In this document: positions 9,493 to 18,767 of the stretch, in pieces
Numbering within the stretch: the first letter of the stretch is position 1
Layout of the letters: every line of letters begins with the position of its first letter
Translations under genes and position numbers: made by a program
Assembly (NCBI RefSeq): GCF_000284455.1
Contig: NC_017039.1
Coordinates: 3,180,001 to 3,212,000 of the forward strand
Reading direction: 5' to 3'
Source of the DNA: Synechocystis sp. PCC 6803 substr. PCC-P
GTDB taxonomy: Bacteria; Cyanobacteriota; Cyanobacteriia; Cyanobacteriales; Microcystaceae
DNA length: 32,000 bases
Notes under the pieces: generated by a model
Databases searched by the model: none
The model's input: the letters and a program-made list of their open reading frames with translations, nothing else
What the model was told of the DNA's origin: nothing

Positions 9493-10325
9493 CTGGCAAT
9501 AACCCGATTAACCAAAGCCATCACGTCACTGCGGCTGAGTTTTTCCTTACCCAGGGCCAAAACATCCAAGGTGCCATAGGCAAGGGTGAGGGGAATTTTA
9601 CAGAAATTGAGGGCCGGACCGTGGGGCAAAGATTTGGTGTATTGATCTGCCAACGCCAAATTGTAACGGGCATACTTGTGCATATCCGCCAGTTCCCAAC
9701 CCTGGGGAAAAAAGCTCACCCCCCGGCGCTTATCTTCCTTATAGTTGCGGACAATGTTCACCGCCTGGAGTCCCCGACCAAAACCAATGGCATGGGAGCG
9801 ATTCGTTTGGGTGCCATCGTGCCAAGCCCACAAATCCGAAAGCAGTAGACCCACCGCCCCCGCTACACTAAAGGTGTATTGGTCCAACTCGCTTTCCGTT
9901 CTGATTTGCCAGTTTTGGAGCGCCCAAAAAGCCATCCGATCCGACATGGCCGCCGTGGCATCCCAAACTCTAGGAGCAATGCTTTCCGGGGCTAGCAGGG
10001 CCCATTCTCCCACCCTTAAAGTTACCTCCGGCAAAAGGTTGCGGTAGGGGTCTAATCCCCGAATAAAGTCCTCACTGTGGGAGTTTTCCGTCGCACTCTG
10101 GAGATTAAGACTAATCTGATTTAGGATTCTCGCTTTGGTCTCAGCATCCAGGTCGGGGTGGTCTTCCACTTCATCGATCGCCCGCATACAAAGGTAGGCA
10201 GAGGCCACCGCATCGAGAAGCTGATCAGGCAAAATGCTAATGGGAATGTAGAATGTCCGACTGGTTTCTTGCAAAACCTTAAGGGCATTACGACGTAGGC
10301 TCATGCGATCAACTCCTGACACCAA
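9489..10325 (-). CDS. sqs: Squalene/phytoene synthase family protein (squalene synthase-like)
   Basis: ETSRTFYIPISILP, YLCMRAIDEVEDHPD (first Asp-rich motif) and FGRGLQAVNIVRNYKEDKRRGVSFFP (second motif). Symbol assigned from recognition of the Synechocystis hopanoid-pathway gene. Confidence 0.8.
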   Translation of the reverse strand: MVSGVDRMSLRRNALKVLQETSRTFYIPISILPDQLLDAVASAYLCMRAIDEVEDHPDLDAETKARILNQISLNLQSATENSHSEDFIRGLDPYRNLLPEVTLRVGEWALLAPESIAPRVWDATAAMSDRMAFWALQNWQIRTESELDQYTFSVAGAVGLLLSDLWAWHDGTQTNRSHAIGFGRGLQAVNIVRNYKEDKRRGVSFFPQGWELADMHKYARYNLALADQYTKSLPHGPALNFCKIPLTLAYGTLDVLALGKEKLSRSDVMALVNRVIAS

Positions 10326-10609
10326 AAATTTAAGCGGACTCTCAACTTACCTATTCAGGTCTGCAATGCTAGGCAATAGGTTCCAGCGGGGCCAAGGCGA
10401 GTTTTTGGTCACTCCATAACCTGGCAGATCCTAGGATCTTTAAATCTCCCAATGCCCCGACCCGGGTAAATTGAGCAAAACAATCACCCCATTCTATTAC
10501 GGCTTTGCGGGTGTGCTACAGACAAATGGGGGCCAGGGGGAGTAAGCCATTGCTTTTCCTGAATGATCCCCCATTGTGGGCACTCCTTAGATCCGCCAAC
10601 CTCAATCCT

Positions 10610-11728
10610 ATGGCTAAACTCAGTCTTGGTTCCCGTCTTTTCCTTTCCCATATGCTGGTGATGCTAGTCGGGTTGGGCAGTTTCGTTTCCCTGGCCAAAA
10701 TATCTTCCCCCCGCATGTTTGTTCTGCGCCTAGAGGAGTTGGAAAGTCAGGGATTTATAACTGTTCGTTCCGCCAAAACCTATCTGATCCGGGGTTTTGA
10801 AACCGCCTGGAATCGCAGTTCCCTCTGGGCAATTATCTTTGGGGCCAGCGCCGCTGGAGGGTTAAGCTTCCTAGCCGCAGACCGGATTATGCAACCCCTC
10901 GATCGCCTAAAGTTAGCCACGAAAAATTTGGCAGAGGGCGATTTACAATCCCGGATGCCCCCCAGTGACATTCCTGAATTGGAGGAGTTGGGCCAAAGTT
11001 TTAATCGCATGGCGGATAGCTTGGAAAATGTGGAACAACAACGGCGGGAACTGGTGAGTGACCTGACCCACGAATTACGTTCCCCTTTAACGGTGGTGCG
11101 GGGCTATTTGGAACAATTGGCGGAGGGCACCATTGCCGGAGATCCGGAACTATACCAACGACTGGTGGGGGAAACCCGCAGGTTGGAACGGCTAACGGTG
11201 GATTTACAAGAACTGTCCAAGGTGGAAGCGGGTTATTTATCTATCCAACGGCAACCCCTAGACCTTTATCCCCTGTTGGCAAAATTACAACAACGGTTTG
11301 CGGATCAGTTATTGGAAGATGGCCCGGAATTAATCCTCGCTGTCCAACCTCCTCTCCCAACGGTATTGGCGGATCCGGACCGCGCTGAGCAAATTTTGGT
11401 CAATTTAATTGGCAATGCGGTGCGTTATACCCCCAGCGGTGCCATTACCATCGACGCCTATCTTTGTACGAATAGGAAAGATATGGAAAAGGAAAATTTA
11501 CTCTGGGTGACTGTTACTGATACGGGCATTGGCATCGCAGAGGGGGATTTACCCTACGTGTTTGAGCGATTTTGGCGGGCTGATAAATCCCGTTCCCGTT
11601 ATTCCGGCGGCACGGGTTTGGGGCTGGCGATCGCCAAACGGTTGGTGGAATTGCAGGGGGGCAGTTTGACTGTCACGAGTACCCTGGGCCAAGGTAGTGA
11701 GTTTAGGTTTTCCCTACCATTGGTCTGA
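10610..11728 (+). CDS. Two-component sensor histidine kinase (HAMP + HisKA + HATPase), Hik10-like
   Basis: HAMP region AADRIMQPLDRLKLATKNLAEGDLQSRMP, H-box LVSDLTHELRSPLTVVRGYLE, N-box ILVNLIGNAVRYTP, G1 DTGIGI and G2 GGTGLGLAIAKRLVELQGG. The ORF is open from 10505 (GTG/ATG alternatives upstream); MAKLSLGSRLFLSHMLVMLVG at 10610 is a plausible start. Confidence 0.9.
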   Translation: MAKLSLGSRLFLSHMLVMLVGLGSFVSLAKISSPRMFVLRLEELESQGFITVRSAKTYLIRGFETAWNRSSLWAIIFGASAAGGLSFLAADRIMQPLDRLKLATKNLAEGDLQSRMPPSDIPELEELGQSFNRMADSLENVEQQRRELVSDLTHELRSPLTVVRGYLEQLAEGTIAGDPELYQRLVGETRRLERLTVDLQELSKVEAGYLSIQRQPLDLYPLLAKLQQRFADQLLEDGPELILAVQPPLPTVLADPDRAEQILVNLIGNAVRYTPSGAITIDAYLCTNRKDMEKENLLWVTVTDTGIGIAEGDLPYVFERFWRADKSRSRYSGGTGLGLAIAKRLVELQGGSLTVTSTLGQGSEFRFSLPLV

Positions 11729-11826
11729 AGGCTGATCGCCCCTGGGAAAATGTTTGTAACACTTTCAGCCAGAATAATCCCCGCTTACCTTCCCCAGTCA
11801 AACCCAGACAAAGATAAGGTAGAGTT

Positions 11827-14370
11827 GTGGTTTGGCATTATTCCAACATTATGCACAAGAAATCAAAGGCCCAATTGCAGGATTATTTCAAGGATTTAAC
11901 CGCAATAGGGAATGCTTCATCGGAGCAGATGGAGGCCAACCGGGATGGCATCCAGGGGGAAACGGAGGAAAATATTAATCCTCCCCCGCAAAATCCGAAA
12001 AAAAGGCTATCTTTACCGAATTTATCTAGTCCGTCCTTGGCAGCAGAGGCGGAAAACCTAGAAAGTGCAGGGCAACCTGGGTCAGACTACTTATCTAATT
12101 CATTCGGCCAAGCTAATAAAGCCAATGTTGCCGTTGCGCCGGTAAATTCAGATTACATTGCCCCAGAGAAATTGGAAGATCAACCCGGGGATTTTTTCGG
12201 CGGTAAACGCTGGTTCTGGTTGGGAGGGATTTTAGTGCTGTTGGTGGGGGGCACGGCCCTGACTCTGCCCAAGGCTTTGGAAATGGTGAACGGTTGGCGA
12301 CAGGAAGCCCAACTCAAAGCTTACGAGCAGGAACAACACCAAGATTCCGAGGTGCTCAGGCTGGCTCTATTGCCCCCAGATCAAAGACGGAGTAAGTTGG
12401 AGGCGATCGCCAACCAAGAAGTATTATCCCTGGAAAGAAGTCGGGCTAGGTTTTTGCTAGCAGGGGATTTGTTGGCGGAATTTGAGGGAGGGCCGGCGCT
12501 CCGAGTATTAGAAGGATTGGAAGTGCAATATCCAGTGTTAGCGCCCTACATTTTGCTGATGCGGGGCCGGGGCTATCAATTGAGCAACGAAAATGACCAA
12601 GCGGAAGCTACTTGGCAAGACATTTTAGACCAATATCCCGATTCCCCTGTGGTAGTCAATGCCCTGGAAAATTTGGGCAGTTTGGATGAAACCTATTGGC
12701 AACAGGCGATCGCCGACCATCCGGGCCATCCCCGCACCTTGGCTATTCTCCACCAGCAGTTGGAAAGTGAACCTAATGCTCTAGAAATCCAACGGCAAAT
12801 TTTGCAAAATCATCCCACCGATGGCCGCACTGCTGCTGTGATTAATTCCCTCACAGCCAATCGCCAAGGAGAGTTAACCCCTGAGGATTGGCAGGCCATG
12901 GGGGACAACTTTTGGCACCGCCGCATCTATAACCAGGCGATCGCCCCTTATGAAAAGGCTCCCAGCAATGCCCGTAATCTTTATCGTTTAGCCAGGGCCC
13001 AACAGATTAGCAAACTAGATAATGAAGCAAAGGAAAATTATCGCCAATTAATTGCCACCTACCCCGACAGCGAAGAAACCGCTTTAGCCCTGCGACGTTT
13101 AGCGGAATTGGTCCCCCCCAGGGAAGGGGTGCAATATTTACAGCAGTTAGAGCAACAATTTCCTGACCAAGGGGCCTCTGCCTTGGCGGCCCGCATAGAT
13201 CTGCTGGCGAAATTTGATGCTAACCAAGCCCAACAGGCCCGGCAAGCTCTCCTGCAAAAGTACCCCAATTCCGATGCTGCGGCTGATTACCGTTGGCGTC
13301 AGGCCCAGGAGTTTGCTAAAGCCGGCAATTACACTGAAGCTTGGCGCTGGGCCAAGGAAATTGCCAATCAAAATCCCCAGAGTGACGTTACCCCCAAAGC
13401 GATTTTTTGGATCGGGAAATGGGCCCAACAACTAGGGCGATCGGCTGATTCCAAGGCCGCTTTTGAAACAGTCTTGGCTAAATATCCCCAGTCCTACTAC
13501 GCTTGGCGATCGGCGGTATTACTGGGTTGGCAGGTGGGGGACTTTAACTCGGTGCGTTTCCTCAACCCCCCGGTGACGGTGCCGGATCAGCGCCCCTTAC
13601 CCCCGGCCGGTTCCCCCACCTTTCGGGAGTTGTATCGTCTTGCCCAGGATCAAGAGGCGATCGAACTTTTCAATGCGGAAGTTCGGGCCCGGGCAGAAGG
13701 GGAAGCCACACCGGAGCTAACGGTAAATGAAGGTTTTACAGAAGCTTTACTCAAGCTGACCCAACAGGAGTATTTACAGGGCATCAACCAAGTCCTGAAC
13801 TTGCGCAATCCTGAAGACCCGGAACAGAGAAAACAATGGGAAGAACTACGGAGTACCAGGGATTATTGGCAAACCCTCTTTCCTTTTCCCTACCAACAAT
13901 TAATTTTTGAATGGTCGGAAAAACGTCAGGTCAATCCATTTTTGGTCACTGCCTTAATTCGTCAGGAATCCCGCTTTGAGAAGAATATCCAGTCTCCCGT
14001 GGGAGCAACGGGGTTGATGCAGATAATGCCCGCCACAGCAGAATGGATTGCGCCCCAAATTGGTCTGAAGGAATATTCCCTCACCGATCCCACCGATAAC
14101 GTCAATATGGGCACTTGGTATTTTGACCATACCCATAAAACCTATAACAACAATTCTGCCCTGGCGGTGGCTAGCTACAATGCCGGGCCGGGCAATGTGG
14201 CCAAATGGTTACAGGAATTTAACAACGCTGACCCTGATCTATTTGTGGAACGCATTCCCTTTGCGGAAACGAAAGGTTATGTGGAGTCTGTCTTTGGTAA
14301 TTATTGGAATTATCTACGCATTTATGACCCCGATGTGGAAAAACTGATGGGGCAGGTAGGGAAGAATTAA
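11827..14370 (+). CDS. slt: Slt70-like lytic murein transglycosylase with TPR-like repeats and an N-terminal membrane anchor
   Basis: C-terminal SLT domain NPFLVTALIRQESRFEKNIQSPVGATGLMQIMPATAEWIA...NVNMGTWYFDHTHK...AVASYNAGPGNVAKW. Repeated helical TPR-like segments in the middle. TM helix FWLGGILVLLVGGTALTL near residue 135. GTG start at 11827, or ATG at 11851. Confidence 0.88.
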   Translation: MVWHYSNIMHKKSKAQLQDYFKDLTAIGNASSEQMEANRDGIQGETEENINPPPQNPKKRLSLPNLSSPSLAAEAENLESAGQPGSDYLSNSFGQANKANVAVAPVNSDYIAPEKLEDQPGDFFGGKRWFWLGGILVLLVGGTALTLPKALEMVNGWRQEAQLKAYEQEQHQDSEVLRLALLPPDQRRSKLEAIANQEVLSLERSRARFLLAGDLLAEFEGGPALRVLEGLEVQYPVLAPYILLMRGRGYQLSNENDQAEATWQDILDQYPDSPVVVNALENLGSLDETYWQQAIADHPGHPRTLAILHQQLESEPNALEIQRQILQNHPTDGRTAAVINSLTANRQGELTPEDWQAMGDNFWHRRIYNQAIAPYEKAPSNARNLYRLARAQQISKLDNEAKENYRQLIATYPDSEETALALRRLAELVPPREGVQYLQQLEQQFPDQGASALAARIDLLAKFDANQAQQARQALLQKYPNSDAAADYRWRQAQEFAKAGNYTEAWRWAKEIANQNPQSDVTPKAIFWIGKWAQQLGRSADSKAAFETVLAKYPQSYYAWRSAVLLGWQVGDFNSVRFLNPPVTVPDQRPLPPAGSPTFRELYRLAQDQEAIELFNAEVRARAEGEATPELTVNEGFTEALLKLTQQEYLQGINQVLNLRNPEDPEQRKQWEELRSTRDYWQTLFPFPYQQLIFEWSEKRQVNPFLVTALIRQESRFEKNIQSPVGATGLMQIMPATAEWIAPQIGLKEYSLTDPTDNVNMGTWYFDHTHKTYNNNSALAVASYNAGPGNVAKWLQEFNNADPDLFVERIPFAETKGYVESVFGNYWNYLRIYDPDVEKLMGQVGKN

Positions 14371-14610
14371 TCTCGTTTTTATTTAACTCAGAGCCTTGGC
14401 ACCGGGAATCTCGGGCAAGTTTTATGCCGCCGACGTTAGCTTGGGGATCGCAGCAAAAATCTTCTTTGGCAACACCAAAATAGCCAATCTCCCTTATTCG
14501 TCCATTAGAATTGCAATTAGTCAGGCACTCGGGCCAGGTTTTATCCATCCCTCAAGGTGTGATTTACTGATTTCCGCCCGGAAAAATGGGTCCCGTTCCC
14601 CGCATTTACT

Positions 14611-16452
14611 ATGATCAAACGTTTTTTCCTCACCATTCTGTTCTTTGCTGGTCTGTGGTTTGCCCTCAATCTCTATCTCCAACACCATGGTTTGGCCCAC
14701 CGTGGTAATTACGACAGCTTGATCATTAACTTCAGAAACGATATCCCCACCCAGACCCTGACGGCGGATATCCAAGCCATCGATGGCAAGTTAGAAAAAA
14801 CGGTGGATTTTAATAGTATTTTCTCGATCAAAGATTATGTTTACACCGTTAAAGGCGATGGGGAAGATTTAAAACGGCTGCGGCGATCGCCTTTGATGAA
14901 GGAGGTGGACTACGTTGAACCCAACTATGTTTACCAAGCCCTAGAAGTGCCCAACGATCCTGAATACAGTAAGCAATGGAATCTCCGGGCGATCGCCATG
15001 GAATCGGCCTGGGATGGTAGTAAGGGGGAAGGGGTAACGGTTGCGGTGATTGATACCGGAGTAACCAGGGTTCCAGATTTACGACAAACCCAATTTGTCA
15101 CTGGCTATAACTTTGTGGACGATAATCGTGACACCACCGACTACAACGGCCATGGCACCCATGTGGCGGGAACCATTGCCCAGGCCACTAACAACGAATA
15201 TGGGGTAGCAGGTATTGCCCCCAAGGCTAAAATTATGCCCCTAAAAGTGCTGGGGGACAACGGTGGCGGTACCGTGGCGGACATTGCCGAAGCCATTATC
15301 TATGCGGCAGATAATGGGGCCAGCGTGATCAATATGAGCTTGGGGGGCGGCGGTGAAAGTAAAACCCTGGCCGATGCTATTGACTACGCCTACAGCAAAG
15401 GGGTGGTAATTATTGCGGCGGCGGGTAATGAAGGACAAAATGCCGCGGCCTATCCCGGTCGGTACCCGAAGGTAATCAGCGTGGCTGCCACCGATGCCAC
15501 GGGTAATAAGGCGGACTATTCCAATTACGGTGCAGGGGTGGACATAGCTGCTCCTGGGGGTAGCACCGACGGCAAAGACGGCAAAATTCTCCAAGAAACC
15601 ATTGACCCAGATACCAGGGAACCAGTATTGATGGGTTTTCAGGGCACTAGCATGGCGGCTCCCCATGTGGCCGGCACAGCCGCTTTGATCCAATCGGTGC
15701 AACTGCAACAGGCAAAAGTTGGTTTATCGACAAGGGCGGCAGAAAATTTAACCATAGCCGAAGTGTCGGAACCAGAAATGGTATTAAAAATTCTCAAAGC
15801 CTCTGCCCGCTCTGTGCCCAACGATAGTCTGAATTACTACGGTGCTGGCCATGTCAACGCCGGGGAAGCCGTCAAACAGGCCCAACAAGGAGAGATTTCC
15901 TTCCGGGATTTCATGCGTTGGTTGCGGGATAACGGTTATCTCAATCCCATCTTTTGGTTCGACGGGGGAGCCGTAGCGTTCCTACCCAAATTAGCCATGG
16001 TGTTGGGGTCATACCTGTTGGTGTTACTGTTGCGGATCTATCTACCGTTGCAATTTACCTGGCCGTTCAACTGGGGATTAATTTTCGGTAGCTCGGGCTT
16101 ATTCTTTCTACAGGGTCTATACATTTTTGACTTGCCCCAATGGCCCTTCCGCGCCATGGGTAGTTCTTTACCGGAGTTGGGTAACAGTCTCCCTGGCACA
16201 GGTTTGTTAAATCCTTTTTTTGCCAGCGCCCTCATTCCCATTGTCTTACTACTACTGCTCCTGGGCAACCCCAGTGGGAAACAGTGGTCTTTGGGAGTTT
16301 GTTTTGGGGTCACTGTTTTTCTTTTAATCTCCGCTTTTCTGGGCACTCCCCTTTGGCTCATTGGCACCGGCTCCACGGCGATCGCCTTTTTGGTGGTTAA
16401 CGCCCTAATCTGCTTGGGTCTTGGGTCTTTGGCCGCTAAGGGAGAACATTAG
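14611..16452 (+). CDS. Subtilisin-like (S8) serine protease with C-terminal transmembrane region
   Basis: Asp motif TVAVIDTGVTRV, His motif GHGTHVAGTIAQ, Ser motif GTSMAAPHVAGTAALI. N-terminal helix FFLTILFFAGLWFALNLYL and several hydrophobic helices in the last ~170 aa. Confidence 0.9.
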   Translation: MIKRFFLTILFFAGLWFALNLYLQHHGLAHRGNYDSLIINFRNDIPTQTLTADIQAIDGKLEKTVDFNSIFSIKDYVYTVKGDGEDLKRLRRSPLMKEVDYVEPNYVYQALEVPNDPEYSKQWNLRAIAMESAWDGSKGEGVTVAVIDTGVTRVPDLRQTQFVTGYNFVDDNRDTTDYNGHGTHVAGTIAQATNNEYGVAGIAPKAKIMPLKVLGDNGGGTVADIAEAIIYAADNGASVINMSLGGGGESKTLADAIDYAYSKGVVIIAAAGNEGQNAAAYPGRYPKVISVAATDATGNKADYSNYGAGVDIAAPGGSTDGKDGKILQETIDPDTREPVLMGFQGTSMAAPHVAGTAALIQSVQLQQAKVGLSTRAAENLTIAEVSEPEMVLKILKASARSVPNDSLNYYGAGHVNAGEAVKQAQQGEISFRDFMRWLRDNGYLNPIFWFDGGAVAFLPKLAMVLGSYLLVLLLRIYLPLQFTWPFNWGLIFGSSGLFFLQGLYIFDLPQWPFRAMGSSLPELGNSLPGTGLLNPFFASALIPIVLLLLLLGNPSGKQWSLGVCFGVTVFLLISAFLGTPLWLIGTGSTAIAFLVVNALICLGLGSLAAKGEH

Positions 16453-16493
16453 TCTGATAAAGACTAAATCCCCTGATCCTCAAGGATTGGGGG
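16449..16493 (+). promoter_or_regulatory. Two consecutive hairpins in the protease-hemE intergenic region
   Basis: TTAGTCT-GATAA-AGACTAA (16449-16467, perfect 7 bp stem) followed by CCCCTGATCC-TCAA-GGATTGGGGG (16470-16493, 10 bp stem with two GU pairs). No U-tract follows, so this is not a classical intrinsic terminator. Confidence 0.4.
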
Positions 16494-16558
16494 CACCGGG
16501 GGAAATGATAAGCTAGCAAAGGCGTAATTTTACAAAAAAAATTTATCTAGGAGTAATA

Positions 16559-17611
16559 ATGACAGAAGCAAATGATTTGCCCTACCTTCTGCGGGTAGCC
16601 AGGGGCGAAGTGGTTAAACGTCCCCCCGTGTGGATGATGCGCCAAGCCGGCCGTTATATGAAAGTTTATCGAGATCTGCGGGATAAATATCCGAGTTTCC
16701 GGGAGCGGTCGGAAAACCCAGACTTGGCCATCGAAATTTCCCTCCAGCCCTGGCAAGCGTTCCAACCCGATGGGGTGATCATGTTTTCGGACATTTTAAC
16801 TCCTCTGCCCGGTATTGGCATTCCCTTCGACATCATCGAAAGTAAAGGGCCCATCATCGACCCTCCCATCCGTACCCAAGCCCAGGTGGATCAACTCCAT
16901 GCCCTAGATCCGGAATCAAGTCTGCCCTTCATCAAAACTATTTTGGGAACGCTACGGAAAGAAGTAGGCAACCAATCCACTGTGTTGGGTTTTGTGGGTG
17001 CTCCCTGGACCCTAGCGGCCTATGCCATTGAAGGGAAAAGCTCCAAAGATTATAAAGTAATTAAGCAAATGGCCTTTTCTGAACCGGCCATTCTCCACAG
17101 TTTCCTCGATAAAATTGCCGAGGCGATCGCCGTTTATGTCCGTTACCAAATCGACTGTGGTGCCCAAGTGGTGCAATTATTCGATTCTTGGGCCGGCCAA
17201 TTAAGCCCCCAAGATTACGACACCTTTGCCCTGCCCTACCAGCAAAAAGTGGTCAAACTGGTCAAAGAAATCCATCCCGATACACCGTTAATTCTTTACA
17301 TCAGCGGCAGTGCCGGAATTTTGGAACGCATGGGTAAATCCGGGGTGGACATTGTCAGTGTGGACTGGACGGTGGACATGGCCGACGCCCGCCAACGCCT
17401 GGGCAAAGAGATGAAAGTCCAAGGCAATATGGACCCCGGCGTACTATTTGGTTCCCAGGACTTCATCAAAGAACGGATTTTAGACACGGTGCGGAAAGCA
17501 GGGCAGGGGGGGCATATTTTCAACCTCGGCCACGGTGTTTTGGTGGGCACCCCGGAAGATAACGTCCGCTTCTTCTTTGAAACAGCTAAGCAAGTGGATC
17601 AATTACTGTAA
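16559..17611 (+). CDS. hemE: Uroporphyrinogen decarboxylase
   Basis: [26 protein letters not shown] signature, plus [16 protein letters not shown] and [19 protein letters not shown]. Confidence 0.96.
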   Translation: MTEANDLPYLLRVARGEVVKRPPVWMMRQAGRYMKVYRDLRDKYPSFRERSENPDLAIEISLQPWQAFQPDGVIMFSDILTPLPGIGIPFDIIESKGPIIDPPIRTQAQVDQLHALDPESSLPFIKTILGTLRKEVGNQSTVLGFVGAPWTLAAYAIEGKSSKDYKVIKQMAFSEPAILHSFLDKIAEAIAVYVRYQIDCGAQVVQLFDSWAGQLSPQDYDTFALPYQQKVVKLVKEIHPDTPLILYISGSAGILERMGKSGVDIVSVDWTVDMADARQRLGKEMKVQGNMDPGVLFGSQDFIKERILDTVRKAGQGGHIFNLGHGVLVGTPEDNVRFFFETAKQVDQLL

Positions 17612-17689
17612 GAGCTTGTTGGAAAAGTTTTATTCTGCCCCCTAAATCTCCTCAGTAACGCTCCGGCAATACTGAGAAACTTTGAATGC

Positions 17690-17722
17690 GTCCCCCCAAA
17701 CTTGGGGACCAGGGGGCTTTTT
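17690..17722 (+). terminator. Putative intrinsic terminator downstream of hemE
   Basis: GTCCCC-CCAAACTT-GGGGAC (or CCCCCC pairing with the downstream GGGGG), then GGGGGCTTTTT, between the 3' ends of two convergent genes. Confidence 0.5.
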
Positions 17723-17757
17723 AAACACACTCTAACCTAGGGAAAAACTTTGGGAAA

Positions 17758-18666
17758 CTATTGCGCTATCCCTACTTTTTGCAATAGTTGCCACGGCCCC
17801 AATTGTTGTAAAAGTTCTAACTGTTGTTGATTTCTCACCAATAAGCCACCGGCAAAACCTAGGGCATTAACTTCAATGTCTTGGTAGGATTCCTGGGAAC
17901 GGGGCACGATCGCCAAAAACTCCCTGGTCATTAGTAAATTATAGGGATGGGGCTTTGCTCCCCCTGCAGTTTGTAATCCCAATTGCTGCAACAGATCCTG
18001 ATAAATCTGATAACAAATTTTACCTCCATCAGCATCGTTAATCACATCCATGGTTAAGGGGGCGATCGCCGTTTTAAAAGGCAGATTTTTTGCCTGAATA
18101 AAATGATCAGCCAGGGGGAATTTTTGACCATTTTCCACTAAGGGAAAGGGTATCCATTGTAAATGGCGGTGGGGTTGGCTGGCCCCTGCTTTGGGACCGC
18201 TGTTATAAAATACTAAACCTTCTTTTTCTTCTAAAACTTGTACTGCCACTCCAAAATCCCCCAAGGTCAAAGGACTTTGTTGATCTTCAAACTCCCGGGT
18301 GACAATTAATAAATGTTGGTCCACTACCTTAAATTTATTCAGCAATCCCAAATGGGTTGGGGAAAAATGCCCCACAAATAGATCGGCGTCGTAGGGTAAA
18401 AAAGGATTAATTTTCTGGCGATGTTGGTGTTCGGTAATGATTTTTTTGCGATGAATTTGGGTCAAAATCCGCACCACAAAGTTTATTTCTCCCACCTCCA
18501 GGGTCGTTACCGCCGTAGTGATGGGTTGGAGGGCACCGGTTTTGAGAGCATGGTCACTCTGGGCCAGTAAACGAGGCCACAATTGACCGGGTAGGAGATA
18601 GGATTCAGCCATGGTGAGGGCAAACAGGTAACTACGTTCTTGGCACCGGGCAACAACATTACCCAT
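17758..18666 (-). CDS. Ap4A phosphorylase / ATP adenylyltransferase-like protein
   Basis: 302 aa. GPKAGASQPHRHLQWIP (HIT-superfamily-like active-site region) and NPFLPYDADLFVGHFSPTHLGLLNKF...LLIVTREF typical of Ap4A phosphorylase-like enzymes. Confidence 0.8.
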   Translation of the reverse strand: MGNVVARCQERSYLFALTMAESYLLPGQLWPRLLAQSDHALKTGALQPITTAVTTLEVGEINFVVRILTQIHRKKIITEHQHRQKINPFLPYDADLFVGHFSPTHLGLLNKFKVVDQHLLIVTREFEDQQSPLTLGDFGVAVQVLEEKEGLVFYNSGPKAGASQPHRHLQWIPFPLVENGQKFPLADHFIQAKNLPFKTAIAPLTMDVINDADGGKICYQIYQDLLQQLGLQTAGGAKPHPYNLLMTREFLAIVPRSQESYQDIEVNALGFAGGLLVRNQQQLELLQQLGPWQLLQKVGIAQ

Positions 18667-18767
18667 TAAAGCAACCCCTGATTATGTCCACCGAAAATAC
18701 GGCCAGGGGCTGGGTTTTACTTGAGCCGTCCCTTGATCCTACACCGAGGGGTGGAGAGCACTACCCG

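Noticed and set aside
14219-14548. 109 aa minus-strand ORF and 72 aa plus-strand ORF (14396..14614) in the slt-protease gap
   Set aside because: They overlap each other and neighbouring genes. Neither has a motif or plausible RBS, so I treat the region as intergenic or UTR.
15241-15708. 155 aa minus-strand ORF inside the subtilisin-like protease gene
   Set aside because: Antisense to the catalytic domain with its conserved motifs. No domain signature and His-rich low-credibility composition.
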